DNA of 64,000 nt from Patescibacteria group bacterium (GTDB lineage: Bacteria > Patescibacteriota > Microgenomatia > UBA1400 > PJMF01), in the NCBI GenBank assembly GCA_041747555.1, contig JBGTEY010000003.1, positions 19,127 through 83,126 on the forward strand, written 5' to 3'. The notes under the pieces are model-generated. The model had not been told where the DNA came from. It searched no databases and saw only the letters and a list, made by a program, of their open reading frames with translations. Shown piece by piece: positions 55,507 through 64,000 of this stretch (position 1 is the stretch's first letter; each line of letters begins with the position of its first letter). Both the position numbers and the translations under genes were made by a program.

Positions 55507-56265
55507 ATGGAAGCAATTACAGGCGCAATTTTATTGGTTTTGGGATATTTGTATTCTGTTACCGGTAGTTTAGGATTTGCTATATTGGTGTTTACTGCGA
55601 TAGTTCGCACTATTTTACTTCCCCTTACTATTCCCGCACTTAAAGTTAGTTCGAAAATGAAGGAGATTCAACCTGAATTAAAGGGTTTGAAAAAAAAGTT
55701 TAAAGACGATAAAGAGGGTTTGCAAAAAGCTCAACTCGAGCTCTATAAAAAATATAATGTCAATCCGCTTGGTGGTTGCTTACCACAACTCATTCAGCTT
55801 GGTGTGGTAATCGTTTTATATCAAGCTTTAATAGCGTTTCTTCATGACCCACTCGTTGATGGAATATTAGTTGATACTAGCTTTTATTGGCTTGATTTAG
55901 CAAAGCCAGATCCTCGTTATATTCTTCCATTTTTAGCGGCGGGATCACAATTGATTCTTTCTCTAATGATCGCACCAGGTGCCGAAACAAGTGATATTGT
56001 TCCAAATAAATCAAAATCCAAGAAAATTCAAAAGGCGAATGAAAAAGAAGAGGATGTCGCAGAAATGGCATCATCCATGCAGCAGCAAATGCTTTATATC
56101 ATGCCAGTTATGACCGGTATCATTGCGGTGCAGTTTCCTTCTGGTTTAGCCCTCTACTGGGTGGCAACAACGATTTTTAGCATTGGTCAGCAGTATTATC
56201 TTTCTGGCCCAGGCGGCCTTGTAACATATTATCAGCGCGCAGTAGCATTTATACAAAAAAAATAA
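55507..56265 (+). CDS. yidC: Membrane protein insertase YidC (short monoderm type)
   Basis: 252 aa. The conserved region is FAILVFTAIVRTILLPLTIPALKVSSKMKEIQPEL. Confidence 0.85.
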   Translation: MEAITGAILLVLGYLYSVTGSLGFAILVFTAIVRTILLPLTIPALKVSSKMKEIQPELKGLKKKFKDDKEGLQKAQLELYKKYNVNPLGGCLPQLIQLGVVIVLYQALIAFLHDPLVDGILVDTSFYWLDLAKPDPRYILPFLAAGSQLILSLMIAPGAETSDIVPNKSKSKKIQKANEKEEDVAEMASSMQQQMLYIMPVMTGIIAVQFPSGLALYWVATTIFSIGQQYYLSGPGGLVTYYQRAVAFIQKK

Positions 56266-56274
56266 GGAGTAAGT

Positions 56275-56739
56275 ATGACAGTTGATACGTTTATTTCACA
56301 ACTTTGTGAGCATTGTGGGTTATCGGTAGATGATGTCTCGATCGAGATCAATGAGACTGATGATAAAATCATTGCCCAAATCCAGTTACCAGAAGAAGAA
56401 TCTGGTTTATTCATCGGGTATCACGGGGAAACACTAGATGCGTTACAGCGAATTGTACGATTGGTATTCTTTAGAACCCATCCAGATAAAAAAATTATCG
56501 TCAATATTAACGAATATCGAGAAGATCGAGAGGAAAAGCTGCGCGAAATGGTGAAAAGTATTGGTGAGCGAGTTTTGGAATCTGGTCAATCATACACATT
56601 TAATTCATTTTTACCCGCAAATGAGAGATATATTATTCACTCAACACTCTCTGAAGATGAATCCTTAGAGGGTTTGGAAAGTATCTCAGAGGGAGATAGA
56701 AAAGATCGTCGACTAACAATTCGAGTAAAATCGGAATAA
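56275..56739 (+). CDS. jag: Jag/KhpB-like RNA-binding protein (Jag_N-KH-R3H)
   Basis: It sits immediately downstream of yidC. An R3H-like region ...ERYIIHSTLSE... is present. Confidence 0.7.
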   Translation: MTVDTFISQLCEHCGLSVDDVSIEINETDDKIIAQIQLPEEESGLFIGYHGETLDALQRIVRLVFFRTHPDKKIIVNINEYREDREEKLREMVKSIGERVLESGQSYTFNSFLPANERYIIHSTLSEDESLEGLESISEGDRKDRRLTIRVKSE

Positions 56740-56741
56740 AT

Positions 56742-57155
56742 ATGGGAATTCGTATTTTTACTGATGGTGGTTCTCGGGGAAATCCTGGACCTGCGGCAAT
56801 AGGTGGAGTTATTTTCCTTGATCAATCAATTGTGCATGAATTCTCAGAATATATCGGTGTTGGGACAAATAATGAAGCGGAATATCAGGCTATAAAATCC
56901 GCACTTCAGTGGCTTAACTCCAATAATCAGGAGGACGCGGATAAAATTGAGTGCTATTTAGACTCAAAATTAGTTGTAGAACAACTTTCTCGAAACTGGA
57001 AAATCAAAGAACCTCGAATGAAGGTATTAGCTGATGATTGTTGGAAGATTGTTGATTTGATTTCACTTCCTGTAACATTCCATCATATTCCTAGGGAACA
57101 AAATTCTGAGGCAGATGCCTTGGTCAACCAAGCATTGGATGTCGCTCTGAAGTAG
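56742..57155 (+). CDS. rnhA: Ribonuclease HI
   Basis: IRIFTDGGSRGNPGPAAIGGVIF, with the catalytic DxE...D layout. Confidence 0.85.
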   Translation: MGIRIFTDGGSRGNPGPAAIGGVIFLDQSIVHEFSEYIGVGTNNEAEYQAIKSALQWLNSNNQEDADKIECYLDSKLVVEQLSRNWKIKEPRMKVLADDCWKIVDLISLPVTFHHIPREQNSEADALVNQALDVALK

Positions 57156-57207
57156 TCTCGAACTCTGTCCCCTTCCACAGACGTGATTTTTTCCCTAAAA
57201 TAACAGT

Positions 57208-60200
57208 GTGACGAAACAACTCATTACCGAACTAACTCAGGACGAACCACTCGTGGTCGTGATCGGTGAAAATAGTGGTTTGAGAGACCAACTCCTTGTA
57301 GACATTCAGGGGGCACATGTTCAATCACAGACACTATTGCCTGAATTCATCCCCAAAAACCATTCAATGCTCTTGAGTGCATATAAAATCGTTTGGATAC
57401 TCAGCCCAACAACATCGGTGAGCGAAATTGAGCAAATTGGATCCTTACTAAAACTTGCACAAGAGCGACTAGTTGTAGTAATGCCGATTCTTCATCCTTT
57501 TGTGGTGGAAAATTCAGTTGGTTTTGAAGAATTTCATAAAGAGACGCAGCTTCAAGAGCAACAGATTCGAGCGTGCAATAAAGTTTTATCAGATTCGTTT
57601 TTTATTTTTGGACTTGAATTACTGGGGAGTAGAGTTGGTCGATCCGTCATACCTCACTTAGTTGGGGTACTATCGACACGCCAGCTGGTGTTCAACCCAA
57701 AATTACAAATAGGGGTGCTTTCTGAAGAAATATTTTCAAGGCAAATTGTCACCCACATGTTTCGGCCTGGCGCAAAACAGAGTATTTTAGTTGGCGCATT
57801 TGAGGCTAATACAACTACATCTCTTGATGAAATTGCGAATCATTATCAGTCTTATCATCAAAAACCAGTTAGGATCGAAGTATTAGCAACAACGCAAGAA
57901 AAAATTATCCCTTTCACGGTAAAAAAAATATCTGTTGCTACTAGCTCAGAGGCACTTTCTAGTTTTACCCGATCACTCCCCTCCCCTCAGGACGAAAAAA
58001 ATACACCCGTTGTGCTTGCAAAATCAGATGAAAAGACAGAGGGTGTCTCATCATCAACGCCCTCAGTACCTAATGTGACTATCGCGACTCCAGTCATTAC
58101 TTCACCCAATTCCCCCACACTTCCTCAAGTAAAATCAGATAGTCTAAAAGTTCCATCACAAGAATCACATAGTCTTGAAGAAATTTTAAATACAAAAAGA
58201 CCTACATCAAGACCATTTCAGGCAAAAAGTAACAAAATAGAATTGTCTCAAGAGGATAAAACAATCCAGCGCTCCCCAGCACAAACCTCCAATTCAACCA
58301 TCTCAAAAGAAGATTTAACGCGTGAAGTGCAGCAAATTTTTGGTGCTCAACGCGTGGAGAAGAAAACATCAAGAATACAATCGGTGGCTAAAAAGGAAGG
58401 TAAACAAGTTAAAAAATCCAAACGCCGAACAGTTTTGTTTTATGGCGGAGTGTTCGTGTTTGGTGTGGGGTTGGGTATATTGGCACTTATCGGCTTATTT
58501 TTCGGATCGCAGTGGCACTTGAAAAACACGCTTATTTCAGTGATTGAAGCTCAGGGGCAGCAGCGTGAAGCTACTTCAGATGAGTGGGTTAGTGTTGAGC
58601 GCGCAACCAAAATCGTTGCGTTTCAGACAGAAAGTTATGGAGTACTTTTTGATAGTGAGCTTCTTAGTAATTCAACAACGCTTCTTACGTTCTCAAATAA
58701 TTTGTTTGCGACTCGCGATTTACACACGAGAGTTGAATCTAACGCAAAACAGGCATTTCTGGGTGTGTTTGGTGGAACCACAAGCAATACTGGGTTGCTT
58801 GCCGAAAACATAGCCACTGAGGCTCGCAAAACCTATGAAAACATCTCCCAAATCCAAGCCACATTGGAACAAATTGAGTTAACGAGTTCTACAGAAACAC
58901 AACTTGCAGCGATTGAAGAATTTGAGAAACAAATTGTTTCACTAAGAAAGTCGCTTGCAGTTCAGCAGCAGTTTTTACCAATAGTGGGTTGGCTATCAGG
59001 GGAACAAGGGAAAAAAACGTACGCAGTACTCCTCCAAAATAACCAAGAACTCCGCCCTACCGGAGGATTTATTCAAGCAGTTGCCTTACTTACGTTTCAG
59101 GACGGCACACTGATAAATTCTCAAGTATTTAGTGCAAATGACATTGATTCTCGAGTAGCTGGCCTACTCACTCCACCTAACGATCTCACTACTCACCTCG
59201 GTGAAAAGCGGTGGTTTTTTCGCGATAGTAATTGGGATCCTGATTTTCCAACAACTGCAGCGACCGTGGCATGGTTTATTGACGAGGCGCTGAATGTAGA
59301 AATAGATGGGGTTGTCGGACTAAATAACAATTCTCTTGCGAGCTTAATTCGTGCGATAGGCCCTATTGATATTCCTGAATACAACGAGGTGCTAACGCAC
59401 CAAAACTTAGGTGAACTCATGGAATTCCATTCTGAGGTGGTATTGGTTAACCAAGATCGAGTTGAAGATTATTCAACAATTGTTTTAAAACGAGTCATAC
59501 AGCAATTAACCTCACTTCCAGAAAATAAAGCTTTACCAACTATGAATGCTCTCTTCTCTGCCCTAGAACAACACGAATTGCTCTTTACGCTCGTTAGTGA
59601 TGAATATGATTCGACGCTAGAAACACTCGGGTGGAATGGTTCTCTTAAACATCCAGAGTGTCCTCCACAATTAGGAAATGAAAATTGTTTGGTCGACATG
59701 ATCGCTCAAATTGATACCAATATTGGGGTAAATAAAGCCAATTATTATGTTGAGAGAACAATTGTTCATGATGTATTTATTACCAAAGACGTTGCACAAC
59801 ATTCTCGAGAAATAGTAATTGAGAATACTGCAGACTCTAGCGCGTGGCCTAAGGGCCCATATCAGGCTTATATCCGCTTCTATGCGTCCAGCAATGCACA
59901 ACTAGATTCATTGACAATAAATGGCATTTCTGTGGCCGACGAGGTTATAACTCAGCGAGATGAACATGGGTTCAGACTCATAGGAACCACAATTGAGGTT
60001 CCGATTCAGTCTGAGATTATCCTCTCCCTCAAGTATCATGTGCCGATTACGCTTGAGGATGCGTCATCATTTGCTTATGCACTCTTTGAGCAAAAACAAC
60101 CTGGTTGGCAAAAATCAGCGGTGGTGACTCGGATTTCACATGATCCAAGTATTACACCGGTCTTAATCGCTCCTCAGGCATCAGTCTCTGGAGATCAAAT

Positions 60201-60258
60201 TATATTTGATACATCGGATAATACGCATATTTTTGTTGGTGCACAATTCGCTCAATAG
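57208..60258 (+). CDS. Large hypothetical protein (1016 aa) with one central TM helix and a large external domain
   Basis: TM helix VLFYGGVFVFGVGLGILALIGLFFG at about aa 410. No catalytic motif is recognised. Confidence 0.4.
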   Translation: MTKQLITELTQDEPLVVVIGENSGLRDQLLVDIQGAHVQSQTLLPEFIPKNHSMLLSAYKIVWILSPTTSVSEIEQIGSLLKLAQERLVVVMPILHPFVVENSVGFEEFHKETQLQEQQIRACNKVLSDSFFIFGLELLGSRVGRSVIPHLVGVLSTRQLVFNPKLQIGVLSEEIFSRQIVTHMFRPGAKQSILVGAFEANTTTSLDEIANHYQSYHQKPVRIEVLATTQEKIIPFTVKKISVATSSEALSSFTRSLPSPQDEKNTPVVLAKSDEKTEGVSSSTPSVPNVTIATPVITSPNSPTLPQVKSDSLKVPSQESHSLEEILNTKRPTSRPFQAKSNKIELSQEDKTIQRSPAQTSNSTISKEDLTREVQQIFGAQRVEKKTSRIQSVAKKEGKQVKKSKRRTVLFYGGVFVFGVGLGILALIGLFFGSQWHLKNTLISVIEAQGQQREATSDEWVSVERATKIVAFQTESYGVLFDSELLSNSTTLLTFSNNLFATRDLHTRVESNAKQAFLGVFGGTTSNTGLLAENIATEARKTYENISQIQATLEQIELTSSTETQLAAIEEFEKQIVSLRKSLAVQQQFLPIVGWLSGEQGKKTYAVLLQNNQELRPTGGFIQAVALLTFQDGTLINSQVFSANDIDSRVAGLLTPPNDLTTHLGEKRWFFRDSNWDPDFPTTAATVAWFIDEALNVEIDGVVGLNNNSLASLIRAIGPIDIPEYNEVLTHQNLGELMEFHSEVVLVNQDRVEDYSTIVLKRVIQQLTSLPENKALPTMNALFSALEQHELLFTLVSDEYDSTLETLGWNGSLKHPECPPQLGNENCLVDMIAQIDTNIGVNKANYYVERTIVHDVFITKDVAQHSREIVIENTADSSAWPKGPYQAYIRFYASSNAQLDSLTINGISVADEVITQRDEHGFRLIGTTIEVPIQSEIILSLKYHVPITLEDASSFAYALFEQKQPGWQKSAVVTRISHDPSITPVLIAPQASVSGDQIIFDTSDNTHIFVGAQFAQ

Positions 60259-60436
60259 TACTCTTAAAATAAGTGTACTTCCCTCCCCCTTCTCAATTGA
60301 AACGTTAATGGTATAATTTCCGTTCTACACACATGGGGTAAACCCTCCAGTGTAGTCCGTAAAATAATGATGAGCAATAAGTAAGAGTCACTTATTGATA
60401 ACTCACAAAACTGTGTTATAAACCGAATCTTACATC

Positions 60437-61144
60437 ATGAAAAGCACCGATAAATCAAGCCACTTCCACGTAGTTGAGAAAAACAACCCTAACAATAACG
60501 CACTCCGTGCTCAAGGGTTAATTCCAGGAAATATTTTTGGCCTAAAAAAACCCTCTATATCCGTCCAATTTGATTTGAAGGCATTTAATAAAATGTATGA
60601 GAGTGCTGGAGACAGTAGTCTTGTATATGTTGCCGTCGAGGGAACGAAAGACTCCTATCCGGTGCTGATTGACGAAGTTCAGTATCATCCAGTTACAGAA
60701 GCTCCTTTACATGTCACATTTCGTCGAGTGAACTTGGCAGAGAAGATTACTGCAGAAGTCTCAATCGAGTTTGAGGGAGAAATCGACATCCCACAAGCCA
60801 CCCTCGTCATTGTGCGAGACTCAATTGAAGTAGAGGCACTTCCAGCTGACCTTCCAGAATCATTTAAGATTGATGTATCAACATTAACTGAAGTAGGGCA
60901 GAGCATTGTTGTTTCAGCACTAAGCTTTGATAAGAGTAAGGTTACACTGATGCTTGGTGAAGACCAGGATCCAGAAGAAACTCCACTTGTTATCGTTCAG
61001 GAAGTTAAAGAAGAGGTTGTTGAAGAATCTGATGATGAGCTCTCGACAGAAGATGGTGAAGGCGCTACAGGACAGACTGATAGTGAGACACCAGCTGAAG
61101 AAGGTCAAGAGTCCTCTGAAGAATCATCAAAATCTGACGATTAA
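60437..61144 (+). CDS. rplY: Ribosomal protein L25/general stress protein Ctc with acidic C-terminal tail
   Basis: The N-terminal about 190 aa follows the L25/TL5 beta-barrel pattern (...LIPGNIFG..., ...PVLIDEVQYHPV...). An extended -10 (tggtataat) lies at 60309-60317. Confidence 0.7.
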   Translation: MKSTDKSSHFHVVEKNNPNNNALRAQGLIPGNIFGLKKPSISVQFDLKAFNKMYESAGDSSLVYVAVEGTKDSYPVLIDEVQYHPVTEAPLHVTFRRVNLAEKITAEVSIEFEGEIDIPQATLVIVRDSIEVEALPADLPESFKIDVSTLTEVGQSIVVSALSFDKSKVTLMLGEDQDPEETPLVIVQEVKEEVVEESDDELSTEDGEGATGQTDSETPAEEGQESSEESSKSDD

Positions 61145-61178
61145 ATTCTTTCAAAAAAATTTTTATAATCAAGAAAAA

Positions 61179-61703
61179 CTACTCTGAAAAGATCGGGTGG
61201 TTTGGGTCGAGCTCTCGAGCAGCATTCCAGTAAGGTGTCGCACTGCTTTTTTCTCCAAGTGCGTCGTAGAGGAGTGCAATATTTATGAGAACGTCTCTAT
61301 TATGAGGTTGATATTCTTCGATGAGCAGTAATGACTCTAATTCTTGCTGTGCCTGAGCTTTAGTTAGGCTTGTTTTCTCAAGATCGATTGTATATTCAAT
61401 ATTATTAGTTATCTCTTCTTCTAGAGAAACTTGAGGTTGAGTATAGATCTGCGCTAGCCAAGAGAGTGCTACTACCGCAATTACGAGTAAAATGGCGAGT
61501 GTTACTCGATACTTCCACATTTTTTGAATTCCATAATCAAATGCAAAAACACTACTGTACCAGGCGAGACTAATCGCAAGTCGAGTAGAAAAGAGTAGTG
61601 ACTGTAGGGCGTGCATGGCGCCATTATCCTCAGTAATCGAGGGTGTGTAAAGGCGGGTTATAAAAAAATGTGTGTTTAAGCGAAATCGGTAGTTTTTGGC
61701 CAA
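61179..61703 (-). CDS. hypothetical membrane protein with TPR-like C-terminal region
   Basis: Two TM helices. The start is likely the internal Met at about 61616, because the track ORF overlaps the valS 3' end. Confidence 0.35.
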   Translation of the reverse strand: MAKNYRFRLNTHFFITRLYTPSITEDNGAMHALQSLLFSTRLAISLAWYSSVFAFDYGIQKMWKYRVTLAILLVIAVVALSWLAQIYTQPQVSLEEEITNNIEYTIDLEKTSLTKAQAQQELESLLLIEEYQPHNRDVLINIALLYDALGEKSSATPYWNAARELDPNHPIFSE

Positions 61704-63976
61704 TCACTTGTGATTAAAAGTGGTTCAGTGACGATGTCATTTTTATAGAATTCTTGCCAAATTGCCTCGGTGACAAATGGCATATAAGGGTGGAATAACT
61801 TGAGGAAAGTTACCATTCCTTGTTCTAGATTTTCTTGAGATAAGCCGTCGTTTTTGGCGTCTTCTATACAAACATCGCAGAACCAGTGCCAAAACTGAGA
61901 ATAGAGCATATCTGCAGAGTAACCGATGTTCAATTTATCGAGTTGAAGGGTGATATTCTCAACATTCTCCCTAAGTTGTTTTTTGAAATGTTTTTCTTGG
62001 CCTTTTTGATAGGTGATTTTGCCGGAGGCAATAGGTTCTGTCTTGAGGCGCTCCTTATTCATGAGTGTAAATCTCGCCGCATTCCACAATTTATTGGTTA
62101 AATGCTTCATTCCTTTAAAATCGCGATTCCCAACTGATTTATCTTGTCCAGCAGTAGATCGGATGACGAGGGCCATTCGTAATGCATCAGTACCAAATTC
62201 CTTAGTTACTTCGAGTGGATCAATTGAGTTTCCTTTTGACTTGCTCATTTTTTGACCTTTTTCGTCTCGGACTAGGCCGTGTAAGTAGACGTGCGCGAAG
62301 GGTGTTTCGCCAGCTTTATAGAGCCCAAGAAGCATCATTCTCATTACCCAAAATGGGAGAATGTCGTACCCAGTTTCCATGACTGAGGTGGGGTAGAATC
62401 GCTTGAAATCGCCTTTTTTGTTCGTCTTTAGGGTCACAAACGGCCATTGAGCGGAGGAGAACCAAGTATCAAATGTGTCTGTTTCTGGAATCCAGTTTTT
62501 GGTTGTTTTTGACGCTGATTTTGCTGGCTTTTCACGTGAAAGAATATATGGCACGTCTGGTTCTGCGGTGATTTGTTGCAAACCGTCGATGATTTCTTCG
62601 AGCTTGTGTTCTTTGAGAAGTTCAGAAAGTATGCCATTTATATACTGCTTCTTTTTTGACAAAAATCCGGCAGTAATTTTATCTTCATTTCCATCAATTT
62701 CATACCAAACGGGAATTGTAATACCCCATACAATTTGTCTTGAAATATTCCAGTCTCTCAAGTTGTTGAGCCAGTGATTGAGAACGGTGGTGTATCCCGC
62801 GCCCAGAATAACGGTCTTCTGATCTTCTACGACTTTGAGTGCTTGTTCTACTAAATTATTTTTTGTATGACGAACTGATAAGAAAAACTGAGGTAAGGGA
62901 AGTGGTTCAATTATGCGTCCACAGCGGTAGCAGGTGTCTACTGGAGTGTTGTACTTGGTTTCGATTTTTTCTATTAGATTTTTTTCTTCTAAATCTTTAA
63001 CGACTTGTTCCCGAGCTTGAAGAACGGTAAAACCTGCGTATTTGCCCCCTATATCCATTATTTTACCTTGTCGATTGATGCCTTGGATGATAGGAAGATC
63101 ATGTTTTTTGGCCACTATAAAGTCATTAAAATCATGTGCTGGGGTGAGTTTCACAATACCGGTACCAAATTCAGGTTCCACGAATTCATCGGCAATTATC
63201 TCCATTTCTGCACCCGTGAGAGGATTGAGGGCTTTTTTGCCGATCAGCTTTTTGGTTTTTTTGTCTTTGGGGTGAACAGCAATGTGAGTGTCTAGAAAAA
63301 TTGGCTCGGGTCTCGTGGTGGCAATTGTTATGAACGTTTTGGGATCACTGGCGAGTGGGTATTTTACATAGTACAGCTTAACGTTCTGATCAACTTTATC
63401 TACTTCAAGCTCTGAATAGCTGGTGCCGCATTTTGTACAGTAGTTGACGAGTTGGACATCGCGATAGATGAGTCCATCGTTGTGCAGCTCTGTAAAAGTC
63501 TCTAAAACTTCATCAACAATTTCTGGATCAAGGGTGAATTTGAAGCGACTCCAGTCGGCACTAGCTCCGAGTTTCTTAATTTGATCAACGGCTATGCCGG
63601 AATTTTCTTGAACATACTCCCAAATCAATTTATATAAACTATTACTGTCATAGTCAAAGCGACTCTTTTTATCTTTTCTTAATTTCTTTTCAAAGACAAA
63701 TTGAGTTTCAATACCTGCATGATCGGTGCCGGGAATCCAAACAGTGTCATCACCAAGCATGCGATGATACCGAATTAAAATATCCTCTAGACTGACAAAC
63801 GTTGCGTGACCGACGTGGAGTGGGTCATTGGCATTAGGTGGAGGCATGATGATGCTGAATGATTTTGAGCGGACAGTTCGTAATTTCTTGACAGTGTCAG
63901 GGTTAAACGCGTCGTGTTTTTCCCAGAGTTTGTAGATTTTTTCTTCGTGATTGGTGTGGTTGTAGTTGGATTCCAT
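61676..63976 (-). CDS. valS: Valyl-tRNA synthetase (short form lacking C-terminal coiled coil)
   Basis: HIGH motif PPPNANDPLHVGHA, KMSKS motif KMSKSKGN, and an editing domain are present. Confidence 0.9.
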   Translation of the reverse strand: MESNYNHTNHEEKIYKLWEKHDAFNPDTVKKLRTVRSKSFSIIMPPPNANDPLHVGHATFVSLEDILIRYHRMLGDDTVWIPGTDHAGIETQFVFEKKLRKDKKSRFDYDSNSLYKLIWEYVQENSGIAVDQIKKLGASADWSRFKFTLDPEIVDEVLETFTELHNDGLIYRDVQLVNYCTKCGTSYSELEVDKVDQNVKLYYVKYPLASDPKTFITIATTRPEPIFLDTHIAVHPKDKKTKKLIGKKALNPLTGAEMEIIADEFVEPEFGTGIVKLTPAHDFNDFIVAKKHDLPIIQGINRQGKIMDIGGKYAGFTVLQAREQVVKDLEEKNLIEKIETKYNTPVDTCYRCGRIIEPLPLPQFFLSVRHTKNNLVEQALKVVEDQKTVILGAGYTTVLNHWLNNLRDWNISRQIVWGITIPVWYEIDGNEDKITAGFLSKKKQYINGILSELLKEHKLEEIIDGLQQITAEPDVPYILSREKPAKSASKTTKNWIPETDTFDTWFSSAQWPFVTLKTNKKGDFKRFYPTSVMETGYDILPFWVMRMMLLGLYKAGETPFAHVYLHGLVRDEKGQKMSKSKGNSIDPLEVTKEFGTDALRMALVIRSTAGQDKSVGNRDFKGMKHLTNKLWNAARFTLMNKERLKTEPIASGKITYQKGQEKHFKKQLRENVENITLQLDKLNIGYSADMLYSQFWHWFCDVCIEDAKNDGLSQENLEQGMVTFLKLFHPYMPFVTEAIWQEFYKNDIVTEPLLITSDWPKTTDFA

Positions 63977-64000
63977 GGTTGGGTGATTATAGCACTTACC

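Noticed and set aside
1-64000. Search for tRNA/rRNA genes, CRISPR arrays, IS elements or integrases
   Set aside because: No cloverleaf-compatible segments with T-loop GTTC motifs were found in intergenic regions. No direct-repeat/spacer periodicity and no transposase or integrase-like ORFs were seen. The region reads as core chromosome.

Overview
This 64 kb window appears to be the chromosomal origin region of a small-genome bacterium (about 45% GC). The gene content suggests Candidate Phyla Radiation/Patescibacteria, probably Saccharibacteria-like; this is inferred and cannot be confirmed from sequence alone. The evidence for that placement is an ATP-dependent DNA ligase, a short YidC, an isopentenyl phosphate kinase, and many secreted and large hypothetical proteins.

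Housekeeping content that I can support:
- A MacB-type ABC exporter (ATPase C-terminus plus FtsX permease).
- lgt, pth, recF, uppS and an isopentenyl phosphate kinase.
- dnaA, a candidate oriC, and dnaN.
- rpmH, rnpA, yidD, yidC, jag and rnhA in one block.
- L25/Ctc and valS.

The standout feature is a dispersed, monoderm-type type IV secretion system (T4SS)-like apparatus, interleaved with these core genes and ending about 200 bp upstream of dnaA. It contains:
- A VirD4/TraG-like coupling ATPase (3991-6327).
- A PrgI/VirB3-like fusion protein (46941-48158).
- A VirB4-like ATPase (49478-51607), preceded by an in-frame upstream ORF separated only by a single TAA.
- A 1335-aa wall-hydrolase candidate combining a coiled-coil tandem repeat, a glycine-zipper segment, an M23 peptidase domain and a phosphodiester-glycosidase-like C-terminus (DGGGSS motif).
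- A polytopic VirB6/TrbL-like membrane protein.
- A 1174-aa secreted protein.
- Ten paralogous genes carrying a VirB2/TrbC-like pilin module (signal peptide, TM1, a charged 'GGDxGKxExAR' loop, TM2). Eight are small and in tandem at 24.2-28.2 kb; two are fused to large N-terminal secreted domains.

I found no relaxase, integrase, transposase, CRISPR array, tRNA or rRNA. All three stop codons terminate ORFs, so the standard bacterial code applies. Several genes appear to be driven by TGnTATAAT-type promoters with very short or no leaders.
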